The notes under the pieces were generated by a model that worked only from the letters and a program-made list of their open reading frames with translations, ran no database searches and was not told the origin of the DNA. The translations under genes and the position numbers were made by a program. A DNA stretch of 63,408 nucleotides, counting the filler, from Octopus bimaculoides (lineage: Eukaryota), in the NCBI RefSeq assembly GCF_001194135.2. It is 7 parts of 7 records of this genome, joined end to end, with 100 filler letters (N's around TTAATTAATTAA, not from the genome) between each part and the next. Parts side by side here need not be neighbours in the genome. Positions count along the whole stretch, not along the records: positions 1 to 3,378 come from NW_026348151.1; positions 3,479 to 6,121 come from NW_026410805.1; positions 6,222 to 31,010 come from NC_068997.1; 4 more parts are not named here. One strand, written 5' to 3'. Within the stretch, counting starts at the first letter, position 1. The number at the start of each line of letters is the position of its first letter. This document shows positions 1 to 14,225 of the stretch, piece by piece.

Positions 1-27
1 CACACACACACACACACACACACACAT

Positions 28-138
28 TACTCTTTTAACTTATTCTTTGTAAGCTTAGTAATTTTTCTTTCGTTTTTCTTTTGCCGAACCGCTAAGTTAC
101 AGGGACGTAAACACACTAACATCGGTTGTCAAACGATG
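28..138 (-). mobile_element. SINE family A, 3'-half fragment
   Basis: Matches the reverse complement of the 46440-46560 portion of the family A copy at 46283-46619 (gccgaaccgctaagttacagggacgtaaacacac...atcggttgtcaa). Confidence 0.75.
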
Positions 139-798
139 CAATTTGAAATATAGGTAAGGAATTTCCTGTAATTGATAAGGAATCACCTTCTCACAGTATG
201 CAGGTATCCGGATCTTGGTGAAAGCAACATGAAGAAAGGGTAGTTAAAGATGCCTAGAAAACTTACTTATCAGTCATTCATAATCGATATTTTAGCAATG
301 ATGCAATCACACTGCAACTAGCATACGACTTCAGAAATGCATTGCATCAATTTACCAACTAAACTGAAATTATCTATTTAAGGTAGTAGTATATAGAGTA
401 ACGCTAAAACAATTGGTTAGTATTGCGATGGTCTATATTGCGATGACTGACAAAGAACACCTTTAAAATAAGGTAAACACAACACACGAACTACTTCAGG
501 TTCAATGTCATAATTCATTCATAATCACATACTCAACAAATCTGGAAACTGAGAAATAGAAGAGGCGACAATATTCCATGTAAATGGTGTTGTTTAGAGA
601 AAACTTGAGAAAGGAAGACAGAAAAAGAAAATTTAAAAAGAAAGGAAAAAAGACAGAAAGCACGTAACAAAACAAGAAAAGTAATAAAGTAACAAGATAA
701 GAAAGCCAGAGACAGATTCACACACACATACATACATATCTATACACATGCACACATATACCTGTCTATACACACACACACATACTTAGAGAGAAAGA

Positions 799-859
<61 letters not shown>

Positions 860-1195
860 GACTAGTGGATAGAGAGATCGATAGCTAAACATACAAATAG
901 ATACCTTGGAAGATAGATAGATAGATGAATAGAGATAGAGAAAGAGAGAGAAGGCGAGAAAGAGAAGGAGAGAGAGAAAGAGAGAAGGAGAGAAAATAAG
1001 AAGTGGGGAATGGAAAAAGATCAATAGAAAGAAGAAATTCAATACGGAAGTGAAATATCGATCTGATATTTGTTAATCACTTTTTCCGACGTAAATCGTA
1101 ATTTGAAGGGACGTGAGATTATCGAATTAATATAATTTTAACATTGATTATTTTTCTTTATTAAAGTTTAAATTTAATTTCTCCCAAGTTGTTGG

Positions 1196-1492
1196 TGTTA
1201 TTTAGCTCTAGGTCAATCTTCAACCAGCAAATCGATGATCATAGGCGTTCCAGGCATGACTATCCCAGCTTTTATTCATACATGGTGTATCTAGGTCTAT
1301 ACTATTTAATGTGTTGTTCTTTTTAGCTACCGTTTAGCACAAGGCTAGACCTGATCCAATAGGCTTGTGATCAAAGACAGTCCATCCTTGACCATCCGCT
1401 TTTATAATCAGACATCATTTACCTAGGACTATATTAATTGTGGAAATCTGAGGATGATTTAGCTGCTATTGGTGGTAGTGCAAGTGGTCTCA

Positions 1493-1497
<5 letters not shown>
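1196..1497 (-). mobile_element. Two tandem degenerate copies of dispersed repeat family D (probable SINE 3' region)
   Basis: The reverse complement contains gggatagtcatgcctggaacgcctatgatcat and ggatggtcaaggatggactgtctttgatcac. The same motif occurs at 12810-13030, 14280-14380, 15625-15935 and 48790-49180. Confidence 0.5.
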
Positions 1498-1525
<28 letters not shown>

Positions 1526-1680
1526 AGAGAGTGTGTATGTATACGTGTGTGTGTGTGTGTATGCTTTACCTAGTCTCAAATATGCAGCTAAACAAATATT
1601 CACCTCCCCACTCACGTCAACTCTCCTCCCCACTTCCATCATCGTTTAGCACATATTTGTTCAGTCCTCATGCACCCCAA

Positions 1681-1693
1681 ACGTCACTTCCGG
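1681..1693. promoter_or_regulatory. Overlapping ETS-CRE composite motif (CCGGAAGTGACGT on minus strand)
   Basis: Exact acgtcacttccgg in non-repetitive CpG-retaining sequence, with a second CRE half-site (cacgtca) at about 1614. Motif match only. Confidence 0.3.
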
Positions 1694-2355
1694 AAAAAGC
1701 TCTATTGAGTCTTGCGCCCCTTTCTTCTGCCGACAGCTCCAATCTATATACGTCGCTTGCAATGAATNNNNNNNNNNNNNNNNNNNNNNNNNNNNNNNNN
1801 NNNNNNNNNNNNNNNNNNNNNNNNNNNNNNNNNNNNNNNNNNNNNNNNNNNNNNNNNNNNNNNNNNNNNNNNNNNNNNNNNNNNNNNNNNNNNNNNNNNN
1901 NNNNNNNNNNNNNNNNNNNNNNNNNNNNNNNNNNNNNNNNNNNNNNNNNNNNNNNNNNNNNNNNNNNNNNNNNNNNNNNNNNNNNNNNNNNNNNNNNNNN
2001 NNNNNNNNNNNNNNNNNNNNNNNNNNNNNNNNNNNNNNNNNNNNNNNNNNNNNNNNNNNNNNNNNNNNNNNNNNNNNNNNNNNNNNNNNNNNNNNNNNNN
2101 NNNNNNNNNNNNNNNNNNNNNNNNNNNNNNNNNNNNNNNNNNNNNNNNNNNNNNNNNNNNNNNNNNNNNNNNNNNNNNNNNNNNNNNNNNNNNNNNNNNN
2201 NNNNNNNNNNNNNNNNNNNNNNNNNNNNNNNNNNNNNNNNNNNNNNNNNNNNNNNNNNNNNNNNNNNNNNNNNNNNNNNNNNNNNNNNNNNNNNNNNNNN
2301 NNNNNNNNNNNNNNNNNNNNNNNNNNNNNNNNNNNNNNNNNNNNNNNNNNNNNNN

Positions 2356-2413
<58 letters not shown>

Positions 2414-2665
2414 ACACACACACACACACACACAGAGAACAGTATCGCGTCGAGATAGAAAACTATAAGATTTCTATACTGCGTGGTTTCCGAAGCTACT
2501 GTGCAACCAAACATTTAGTTGCATAAGCGCATCACAACATTGCAATTAATGTACACCGAAATAGCACTATAACACACTGCAACACTGCTGAGGGATGCAC
2601 CACAATGCATAGTTGAACACCACTACAATAAGCTTGAAAGTAACATGACACCAGAAAGCTACAAC

Positions 2666-2925
2666 TTATTGGTTATAGCTGCAACCAGTAGAAATGAATT
2701 TCAATAAATGGTTACCACTAAAAAGTGACAGATGAAATGAAGAGAGATTTAGTTCACGGCTGTTATCTGTAGAAGAAAATGTGTAGCTGACCAGAAGGTG
2801 CAATGGTGTCTGTTGGTAGTGGAAGCAGCAGAAAACTTCTGTTATTCTGCTGGTGTGCTGTACAGAGTCTTGAAGCCACGAGAAAACGTTAGCTGGTGAA
2901 TGAGTCACAACAACACCGCCGCTGT
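2666..2925 (-). CDS. Candidate downstream exon of an unidentified host gene
   Basis: Acceptor ttttgttcttgttgctattgctgcag ends at 2926 on the minus strand. Spliced to the 3083-3197 exon it stays open (...SHRA-N-SGGVVVTHSPANVFSWLQ...YNQ*, stop at 2666). The alternative frame ends QQRRCCCDSFTS*. Confidence 0.35.
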
Positions 2926-2955
2926 CTGCAGCAATAGCAACAAGAACAAAATGAA

Positions 2956-3004
<49 letters not shown>

Positions 3005-3082
3005 GTCATCATCATCATTATCATCATCAACAACAACAACAACAACAACAGAAACTTCATTAGCAGCAGCAGTATTACTTAC

Positions 3083-3197
3083 TGGCACGGTGCGATGAAT
3101 AAGTCCGGATGACATTTTCTTCCGGTGTTATGGGTGATGTGGGTATTGAAGACGAGTCTCCTTTGTTTATCGGATAGAGTTCCGGTTTCGATACAAC
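3083..3197 (-). CDS. Candidate 115-nt internal exon of an unidentified host gene
   Basis: Canonical acceptor ttattgtttatttacag and donor gtaagt flank repeat-free sequence. Two frames are open (VVSKPELYPINKGDSSSIPTSPITPEENVIRTYSSHRA or CIETGTLSDKQRRLVFNTHITHNTGRKCHPDLFIAPC). The protein is not recognised. Confidence 0.5.
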
Positions 3198-3378
3198 CTG
3201 TAAATAAACAATAAAGTCATTAAACAATTGTGAAGATCTCCTTCTGCATGAAACAATTTGTAGCCTTTTTAATCTACAAGTAACGAATATCTATCCACCA
3301 ATGCGGTGTTGAGCACTCATTCTCATTGTTCGATATTAATGTATTTGTATGTGTGCATGTATGTATGTGTATATATAT

Positions 3379-3478
3379 NNNNNNNNNNNNNNNNNNNNNN
3401 NNNNNNNNNNNNNNNNNNNNNNTTAATTAATTAANNNNNNNNNNNNNNNNNNNNNNNNNNNNNNNNNNNNNNNNNNNN
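3379..3478. other. Assembly spacer: 44 N + TTAATTAATTAA + 44 N (also centred at 6166, 31055, 40693, 44783, 59287)
   Basis: Identical 12-mer with stops in all six frames, embedded in 100-nt N blocks six times. This is an artificial gap marker. Confidence 0.95.
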
Positions 3479-4038
3479 ATATATATATATTTATATACGC
3501 ATACATACGCACGCGTGTGTTCTTACGTGCGTATGTGTATGTGTGCATGTGTTTGTGTGTTTGCATGTGTGTGACTGAGTGTATATGAGCGTGAGTGTGT
3601 GTATGTGTGTTTGAGCGCGTGCATATGTGTACATGTGTAACGCTATAACGCTATGTTCGTTGAATTAAGATTGAGTACACGTTCTGAGCTGCAGATTTCA
3701 ACGAGGAGAACATTCTTTCCATACGTCAACCTCTGTAAATGCATTTAGGTGCCGAAAATGTAAGAAAATAAAAAGAAACAAACAAATCCAAAACAATTCT
3801 GAAATTCTCACCGAATCACCAACAGATTCTCCGCAAACAGAATGGTACTACTTTAATCCTATTAAAGCATATTAACCATATACTCTCACTTACATAGACA
3901 AACATAGTAACAAACATTATACAGTTATAACCACAAGTACATACACAAACTCACCACATTTGTATGTATGTGTATACAGACGTACATACATACACATATA
4001 TACATATATATATATGTATCTATATATATGTATGCATA

Positions 4039-4078
<40 letters not shown>

Positions 4079-4346
4079 TATATCTATCTATCTATCTATC
4101 TATATTTGTTGGTACACATTGCTTGTTAAATACATATACACAATGCACAGTGACAATCTAAGAATTGCCTGAAGCAATCTATCCATACTTAAAGCAAATG
4201 CCTTCACTTACAGTAAAGAAATTGCGCGGAAGATTATAAGCGTATACATATATACATACATGTATATATAGTAGACATGCACACACGTACACACGCACAC
4301 GCGCGCACATTAGATATGTATGTGTTTGTGTGACTGTGTTTGCCTG

Positions 4347-4377
<31 letters not shown>

Positions 4378-4434
4378 TAAACCGCTGCCGTAGTCTCCTT
4401 TAGAGAGACTTAGAAATATTAATAACTCTCTCTC

Positions 4435-4494
<60 letters not shown>

Positions 4495-5425
4495 CCTCCT
4501 AGTTTTATGGTTTACATATATATCTATATATATATATATATATATATATTTGTGTTAGTGTGTGTATGTGTACGCTTGTGTGTGTGTATGTGCGCATGCC
4601 TTCATGATTTTATACACATACAGCTACATCTACGTGTAGAACTATTATTTTCATGATAGAAATAAATACTTTGTAGATATAACGGGAACATTTCTTTTCA
4701 CGAGGATTTTGCAAAAGGCTCAATAAACCAGAAAAAATTCAAATTTCAGAGCGATAAAATATAAATATAGAAAGATATTTTATCCAGGATAGTACACATT
4801 TAGTGATTTTCCCCAGCTATTTGAGAATGCTTAAGTTGTGTGAGGATCAATTCGCAAACCTTGTTCTGACGAGAATGCTTCAGATTGTGGGACACTTTTG
4901 AGTCACTATTCATTGCTTTCCAAAGTAGTTGTGACAAAATGTGTAACTCTTTCTGTTTTTATATCTAAATGAATGTATATGTTAGTTGTATCTTTTCTTA
5001 AAAGTTTCCGTGGTGTGTTCCATGTATCATCTATTTGCATAATATCAGCGAGCTAAGGAAGTACAATCTTTTAAGAGGGGCGGATAGTATCTAAATGAGA
5101 TTCTGCTGAGTAGCTCCATTCCACATTGTTTTATAAAGATATATGAATGAACATCCTCTGAATATTATATGTGACGTTAGTCGTTTAGTGAAGTGTAAAT
5201 TGAAGTAAATGAGATATCTTTTTATAATTCTGATGTATACTATTTTCTCGCTAAAATCAGTGCAATTCAGCACGTCATTGTAATAGAGGACGGTACTGTT
5301 GACGACGTTCAAATGTTAGAATCGAAATGAATCATTTCTACTTTTGTCATCTACAAGAATCTTATGACTAGGATGGAGATTGAGTTTCTTGTACATATAT
5401 GTATTTTGTCTTGTGTAGCCTACCA

Positions 5426-5741
5426 TGGAGTGTATGGTTTAATGGTTCAGGTATTTGGCTCACGATCGTAATGTTGTGAATTCAACTCCCGGCGGTGTAT
5501 ATGTACACATATACACGCACTCAGGCACTTTATTTCTCCAGTCTACTCAGCTGGCAAAATGAGTTGTAATTTTAATTCAAAGGAGTCAGCCTTGTCACGT
5601 CCTGCATCACGCTGAATCTCCCTGGAAACTACGCTAAGGATACGAGTGTCTATATAGTGCGTGGCCATTGCACATTAATTTCACGAGCAGGCTGTTCCGT
5701 TGATCGAATCAATTGAAACGCTCATCGTCATAACAGACAGA
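5426..5741 (+). mobile_element. tRNA-derived SINE (core-1 + tail-B mosaic)
   Basis: The head has A-box-like tggtttaatgg and B-box-like gaattcaactcc. The core gcactttatttc...ccagtctactcagctg is shared with 16163, and the tail cagccttgtcac...cacgagcaggctgttccgttgatcg is shared with 40852 and 41240. Confidence 0.8.
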
Positions 5742-6078
5742 AAACCAGGACCATAGGGCGAAGTTTATGTATGCACTAATAGGCGAAAGAGTGATCAATA
5801 CATACGGCAAGGCTTCTCTTTCCAAGTTGATGCTTTGCTTTACTTTCAAAATTCCTAACTTTGCATGTCGAACGCATCGCAACATGTCTGTCTTGCTTTA
5901 TCGTAGAGTAAAAGCAAGGCTATTATTATTGAATTGTTGTAGTGCTGTCGTGACATACGACATGTTTATAGACGTTTTGAAAAGCTGGTGGATCCCATCC
6001 CTTTCTACGTTTGATCACAGGCAAGAAAAAGAGGAAGGAGGGGGATAGATAGATATCGGGATAAATAGATAGAAGGAT

Positions 6079-6121
<43 letters not shown>

Positions 6122-6279
6122 NNNNNNNNNNNNNNNNNNNNNNNNNNNNNNNNNNNNNNNNNNNNTTAATTAATTAANNNNNNNNNNNNNNNNNNNNNNN
6201 NNNNNNNNNNNNNNNNNNNNNTTTTATTCATTAAGATAGAAGAAATACACATAATTATATATATATATATATATATATA

Positions 6280-7245
<966 letters not shown>

Positions 7246-7468
7246 CGTGTGTGTGCACATTCTTTTACTTGTTTTAGTTATTTGATTGAAGTGTAGCTGG
7301 GGTGCTTCTTTCAAGGGTTTAGTCTACCATATTGACTCCAGTTCTCATTGTCTAGAAGTTTTTATATTGACTTCCAGTTTTTGAACTGCAAAGTGAATGA
7401 ACATTGACACAAAGCACTGGTTATTAAGTGGTGTCATAGAGACACACACACACATGCGTGCGCACACA

Positions 7469-7505
<37 letters not shown>

Positions 7506-7844
7506 TCACACACACACACACACACGCACACACTCACTCACACACTCACTCACTCACACATATGTATGATAAGCTTCTGTAAATTTCTGTGTCCAAATTC
7601 CACTAACAAAATATTGGTCTGCCTGGTAGAAGACACTAGTCCAAGATGTCGCACAACAAAAGAAATCCGAAACCCAAAAAAGGCAGAGCAAAATTTTTAA
7701 TCATACAAGTACACCTGCACCTATCCCTATCTGTTTGTCTGTATCTTCATCCGTCTGTCTGGCTGTCTGTCTTTCTGTCTCGCTGTTGGTCTATGTATGT
7801 ATGCATGTATATGTCTGTCTGCCTATTTGTCTGTCTATGTATAT

Positions 7845-8170
7845 ATCTATTATCTTTTTCAGTCATTGAACTTCAACCATGCTGGGACACCACCTAGTAA
7901 GTTTAGTTGAGTGAATTGACCCCAATGTCTATTTTTAAACTCTGGTAATTATTCTATTGGTGACTTTTGCTTGACTGCTATGTTACAGGGATGTAAAGAA
8001 ACCGACAGCTGTATCATAAGCCAAACACCACATATACACCACATACGTGCTCACACACATACACACGCATGCACACACACAGACACACACATTCATGTAT
8101 ATAAAATGAGCATCTATACAGCTTCCATTCATCAAATTTACTCACAAGGCATTGGTCAAACTGGAGCCAT
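7845..8170 (-). mobile_element. Degenerate SINE family A copy (others at about 7255-7670 and 8715-8900)
   Basis: Recognisable segments ttcagtcattgaacttcaaccatgctgggacaccacc and caaatttactcacaaggcattggtc, interrupted by CA repeats as in the other A copies. Confidence 0.6.
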
Positions 8171-8364
8171 ATGTCTGCAAAGCAAGGTTCTTGGTGTGTG
8201 TGTGTGTGCGTGTGCGCGCGTGTGTATTGTGTATTTGTGTGTTTATATATGTATGAATATATATGCAGCAGCATCGACCACAGAAGATGCCAGTCATGAT
8301 ATTTAAGGAAATCTGACTTGGCTATCCACACCAGTGTGTATATTTATATTTGTACATACATACA

Positions 8365-8399
<35 letters not shown>

Positions 8400-8973
8400 G
8401 TACACAAATGTGTATGAGTTTATGCACATATCTAAATATGTGTGTGTGTGTGTGTGTGTGTGTATCATGTATAATTAGTATTTTGGCATGTAGCCAATAT
8501 GTAAATTTATTAAAGTGCATGTAAATGTGTACGTATAAATATTTAAACGATGTCCTATAAATAAGACATCAGTTAAACATGAGAGGCTGACTAATTTACA
8601 TATTAACTGAAATGCCAATAAGCCAATAACGAAATATCATTTACAAAGTTGAAGATAATCCATAATTGATTCCATACACATACACACACACGTTTACATA
8701 TGTATATTCTTCTATACTTTTATTCTTTTGCTGATTTCAGTCTCTGGGGTTTAGCCATGTTGGGGCAACACTTTGAAGATTTTGGTCAGTCACATCGACC
8801 TGAGTACTAATTTTTTTTTTTTGAAGTCTGGTATATATTTAAATTTATCAATCTTTGTTGTTGAGCTGTTATATTAAGGGATATAAAGGTAAACATGGAT
8901 GCAGACACACAGGTATACATACATGTCCATGAACTTATGCACACACACTTAGATATATGTATAGACATAACAG

Positions 8974-9006
<33 letters not shown>

Positions 9007-9191
9007 CAATTTAAACACACAACCAAAAGAACTACAAATAGTTTCATGCTTTTATGATACTTGAACAGGCTTATCTATAAAATATGCCATGTATCTTAAA
9101 GTAATATTTCAGGCTTTGTTTATGTTATATATATTTTAAAAACAAGGATGCTAGACTGTAAGAAAATAAGAAACAACATGGAAAAAAAAAA

Positions 9192-11640
9192 CTTGAATTA
9201 GGTTGGTGCAGAAAAATTAAATGTCGCATTTCTTAGATCCATTAACATATGGCTTGAATTTTTCCACTATTCTCCACTTGATTGTATGTGGTGTGGAGTT
9301 TCTCTTCAAATTCCATATGTGACTAACCAACTTACTTTATTACTGTTATCGATGTGCTGGAAAGAAGTTAGGTGGTTTGCATAACATGTCTTGAGTTTGC
9401 CATCACATAAGCCTATGTAATTCTACTTTTCAATTGATTTGTCTTGGAGCATAGCTGTAACTTCAGCCTTGTGTGTGATGGAGTTTTTCATACATACCTG
9501 TTCAAGTGGCAAGTTTCAGGGTCTCAACAGTTACAAATGACAATCGTCTTTTGGTGATTTTTGTGAGTTATAATGTTCTTCATATTGGGACAGTAGCTAT
9601 ATCATATTTTTATTGAGCTGTATCATAATTCAAACAAGCTCTTGTACATACATAAACAGTCCTGTCATCCCGCTATGGTCTTTAAAAATCTGATAGCTAA
9701 CATTAGTAATAGGGTGTCAAACCTATCTTCTAAACAAATATTTGATAAGATACCCCCCTACTATAACAATTCCCTGGCTATCAGTGGTTGCAAAGATAAA
9801 ATATATTACAACTTTTTAAATAAAAATATGAATCATAAAAAATAGAGCGAGGAAAATAATTTGGTTCACTCCTCCTTTCTCCCTTAATGTTAAGACTAAC
9901 GTAGGAAATAAATTCCTGTCACTTTTAGACAAATATTTTCCAATAAATCATAAATGCAAGAAATTGTTGACAGATGTTCAATAAAAATATTATATTGCTG
10001 CTGCCCCAAAATGAAGAACATTATAATTTGAAAAAATCCCCAAGAGACCACTCTCAATTGTAACTGCTGTATCCCTGAAGCTTGCCCACTTTACCTGGAA
10101 TGTATGATAAACTCCCATCATATATGAGGCTGAAGTTATAGCTATGCTCCAAGACAAATCAATTAAAAATAAGAATTACATCGGCTTATGTGAGGGGAAA
10201 CTCAAAAGATGTTATGCAAACCACCTATCTTCTTCTGGCACATCAATAAAAGTAATGCAACTAAGTTGGAAGTTCAAGCCATATGTTAATGGATCTAAGA
10301 AGTGCAACTTATGCATAACAGAAAGATCTTACATTCTTCTTACATTCCACAATTCCAACACACTCCTTAATTTGAGATTTGAAATTTTTAGCAGGTGTAG
10401 ACGCATGAACAGGTTTATTTTATCGAATTAGAGGGCACCATCTGCTCCGGATTGAGTTACTGTCTTGCAGACTTAGACATATTTTCTGTTATTTTGTTCT
10501 AAATCAGTTGTATTTAAGGATCTTTCTGCAATCAGGGAAGCTGAGGATTGTAATTCATGATGTCTTGATTTTTGAGAGTTATAATGTTCTTCATACTGGG
10601 GCATCAGCTATATCATATTTTTATTGAGCTGTATCATAAGCCAAACAAGAAGCTCTCATGCATACATACATACATAAACAGTCCAGTCACCCTGCTATGG
10701 TCTTTAAGAATTTGATAGCTAATGTTAGTAATAGGGTATCGAATCACTTCTAAACAAATATTTGATAAGGCAGCCACCAACTATAACAATTCTCTAGCTG
10801 ACAATGGTTTCAAAGATAAAATATAATACAACTTTTTAAATAGAAGTATGAATCATAAACAATAAAGCTAGAAAAATAATTTGGTTCACTCCCTCCTTTC
10901 TCTCTTAATGTTAAGATAGATGTAGAAAGGAAATTCCTGTCACTTTTATATAAATATTTTCCAATAAATCATAAATACAAGAAAATTGTTAACAGACATT
11001 CAATAAACATATCATACAGCTGCTGTCCCAATATTATAACTCGCAAAAATCACCAAAAGACCACCCTTAGTTGTAACTGTTGAGACCCTGAAGCTTGCAA
11101 TTTGAACAGGCATGTATGATAAACTCTGTTATACAAACAAGGCTGAAGTTATAGCTATGCTCCAAGACAAATCAATTGAAGAGAAGAATTACATAGGCTT
11201 ATGTGAGGGCAAACTCAAGACACGTTATGCAAACCACCTAACTTCTTTCTAGCACATCGATAACAATAATACAACTAAATTGGTTAGTCCCATTACAGAA
11301 TTTGAAGAGCAGCTTCACACCCCATACAATTAAGTGGAGAATAGTGGTGAAATTCAAGCCATATGTTAATGGATATAAGAAATGCAACTTAAGCATTCCA
11401 GAAAGATGTCATATTCTTCTTAGATCCAGCAATTCCAACACTGCTTAATTCAAGATTTGAAATTTTCAGCAGGTGTAGACACATGAACAGGTTTCTTTTA
11501 TTGAATTGGAGGGCACCACCTGTTCCGGATTGAGTTGCTGTCTCACAGAGTTTGACATACTTTCTGTTATTTGGTTCTAAACCAGTTGTATTTAATGAAC
11601 CTTTTGCAATCAGGGAGGATGAGGATCTTAATTTTCTTGA
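9192..11640. mobile_element. Penelope-like element remnant: RT C-terminus + GIY-YIG, in inverted and tandem-duplicated arrangement
   Basis: The plus strand at 9640-10431 and 10670-11510 reads [49 protein letters not shown] and EIFSRCR with stops and frameshifts. 9192-9617 and 10560-10630 are minus-strand copies of part of the same sequence. Confidence 0.85.
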
Positions 11641-11934
11641 TATAATTTCTTTTTTCTCTTTCCATTTTTTGCACCAACCTTCTTCATGTTTTTTTTCCAT
11701 GTTGTTTCTTATTTTCTTTCAGTCCAGCTTCATTGTTTTATATATATATATAACACATAAACAAAGCCTGAAAGATTACTTTAAGATACATGGAGTATTT
11801 TATAAATATGCCTGTTCAAGTATCATAAAAGCAGGAAACTATTAGTAGCTCTTTTGGTTGTGTGTTTAAATTGATATTTATCTCTCATTGGATGGAGTAC
11901 TTTTTCTTGACTATACTTCTTTTGGATCTTTAAA

Positions 11935-11972
<38 letters not shown>

Positions 11973-12020
11973 ATGCACACACGCACACACACACACGCAT
12001 TTATACATATACACACATAT

Positions 12021-12453
12021 ATGTTTGTCTTTGAGTTTTATTTAAGTTCTTCTTTAGAGAGTTCAAGCTGGTCATTAAACAAAGCGACAAAACCTTTTGA
12101 GGTAAGAGAGTTCCAAATGTTTGTAAATATGTGGTTGAGTTGGTGTGTTGGTTGAAATGTCGATGTATAAACCCAAGTATGTGCATCTATTCACATGAAA
12201 ATCTCAGATGGAGAATTTTTTGAATGTCTTACAAAATGTTCACTGTATCACTAATAGATTGGATTTGGAGAATCTGCATCAGTTTCTTTTGTCCTTTCTC
12301 CATGAAACTGAGTATTTCTAGGTTTTTGTGTAAATTTGTTGGTTCATAACCTAATGTGCCTATGATGATAGGTACAAATGAGAATTCAAAGTCAGGGTAC
12401 ATGAGTTGTAAGTTCCACATTAATTCATCATAAATGTTTACTTTTTCCTGGAC
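12021..12453 (-). mobile_element. RLE-type (R4/Dong-like) LINE 3' end
   Basis: Reads QEKVNIYDELMWNLQLMYPDFEFSFVPIIIGTLG...LQIQSISDTVNI, followed by a 3' UTR with AATAAA. Paralogous to 49281-49708. Confidence 0.75.
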
Positions 12454-12513
12454 TATGTATGTATGTATGTATATACACAATAAAACATGATAGAACAAGA
12501 ATAATCTCTTTAA

Positions 12514-12728
12514 CCCTTTCGTTACTGTATTTATTTTGAGATACTCTGTGTTTCTTTCAATTATTCTAAATATAACAAAGAATTTAGTAAAATAGTTATC
12601 ATTCAGTTAGTGTTAGGAACATAAATTGTGACTAAGGTTTGGTGGAAGATTTTAATTCAAAACTTTTGAAAACAAGACATTTGTACTCAAAGCCAGAGCC
12701 GGTTTCAGCCGGGTTGGTAACGAAAGGG
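12514..12728. mobile_element. piggyBac-type MITE (215 bp)
   Basis: Perfect 12-bp TIRs ccctttcgttac and gtaacgaaaggg, flanked by TTAA at 12510-12513 and 12729-12732. Confidence 0.9.
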
Positions 12729-13098
12729 TTAAAGTTTTAATGTGACATATTCAATTACAGTCCAACTCCACATTGTGTACTAAAGAATTTTTTACAGTAT
12801 AAGAAAGAAGTTAGGGTATGGCTGATTGGTTACCTAATGTGCTAGTAATAACAGCTAAATCTGCTTCAACTCACACACCACAATCTTAAACAAGAAAGGG
12901 CACATTAGTTAATATTGTACAAGATCTTTTGGAAAAGGTCAGATGGCCATGATTGGATTATCCTTGGATTATAAGTTCTGCTCAAAAAAGGCAGTCTTGC
13001 CCTGTCCTGGGCTACACAATGACAACAATGAGAATATCCTACATGCCTGGTCTGCTAGTAAAAGCAGCCAAATCTACTCCAAATCACAGTTAACTGTC

Positions 13099-14225
13099 TT
13101 TTTTTTTTTACTTGTTCAGTATGAAGGAAGGAGCAGAGTTCCTGATGCTTGCAAACTGTTCAAGATTGGTGAGGTTGATGCTGTTTATGTCCTTTTCAAA
13201 CTGTTTCAAGTTAAGATCTGCAGTAAAGGCCTGAGTGGGGAAGGAGATTCTAGAGGAAAGATATTCTGGAGAAAAAAGATTTGGAATAGTGGTCTGTATG
13301 AGGAAGGTGGTTGGGGTTTTGGTCCAGAAGTGGAGTGATGAGTAGGTCAAGAGTGCTTAAGTCAGGGAGGTACAAGACCAGTTAACCCTAGAAAAGATAG
13401 AGGGTGGAAGTGGAACACCTGTTGGCCAGAGGCTGGACTGTATCTGTAAGTAAATGAATACCAGTTAGTCAAGTACCCCTTCTCTGGATGCAGTGGCACT
13501 GTCCCACATGTTGGTGCAGTACTCCATTGTGGGCCTCACTTGAGCCTTGTAGAATTGACAGCTGTTGGGAGTTGAAAACTCTTCTTGTCCTAGAGAGAAG
13601 GAAAAACCTTTGGGATGTAGTCCTAGCTTTGTTAAGGACATTCTTTTGACCAAAGAGATCCTCATTGATAGTAAAGCCTAGCACTTGGAGCAACTGAAAG
13701 GCCCCTAGTTGAGTACCTCTCATCTTTAGAATGGGCGTGATCAGTGGTACTTTTCTTGATCTAAGTAGTTTTGCTGTTAGAAGTGACAAAGTTGGCATGG
13801 CCCTAATGAAAGATGTTCCCAAGGTATCAATTTACAAAATCAATGCAGGTTTGATATATGGTGTTTAGCTTGTGTGTGGAGAATGCAGGTTGGGGAAAGT
13901 CAGAGAGGAATGAAGTTTTATGTTATCTGCATAAGAACAGGCATTGTTGGATGTAGTGGCAAGTACGTTGTTGATGTATATAAAAAGAAGAGAGTAGGGC
14001 GGGAGACAAAGCCCAACCCTAAGAAACATCAAAGTTGACCGACAACTGGGAAGAAAGAACTTTGTCAGCACATGGTGTGATGGAGTGAGCAGATAGAAAT
14101 CTACGGAGCCAAGAGATGAAAGATGAGTAAAGCCCATAGTTGAGAAGTTTCAATAAGAGATTTGCATGCCAGACATAATCAAAGGCTTTCCTGATGTCCA
14201 GGGCAATGACAATGTTTTCATCAAG
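13099..14225 (-). mobile_element. CR1/Jockey-group LINE reverse transcriptase 3' remnant
   Basis: Frameshifted motifs LFIYINNVLATTSNNACSYADNIKLH (YADD region), LGFTINEDL and FYKAQVRPTMEYC. The C-terminus reads FPTQAFTADLNLKQFEKDINSI and is followed by an A-tail at about 13100. Confidence 0.75.

Noticed and set aside
3423-3434. Palindromic TTAATTAATTAA recurring six times
   Set aside because: Always centred in exactly 44+44 N; an artificial scaffold spacer, not biology.
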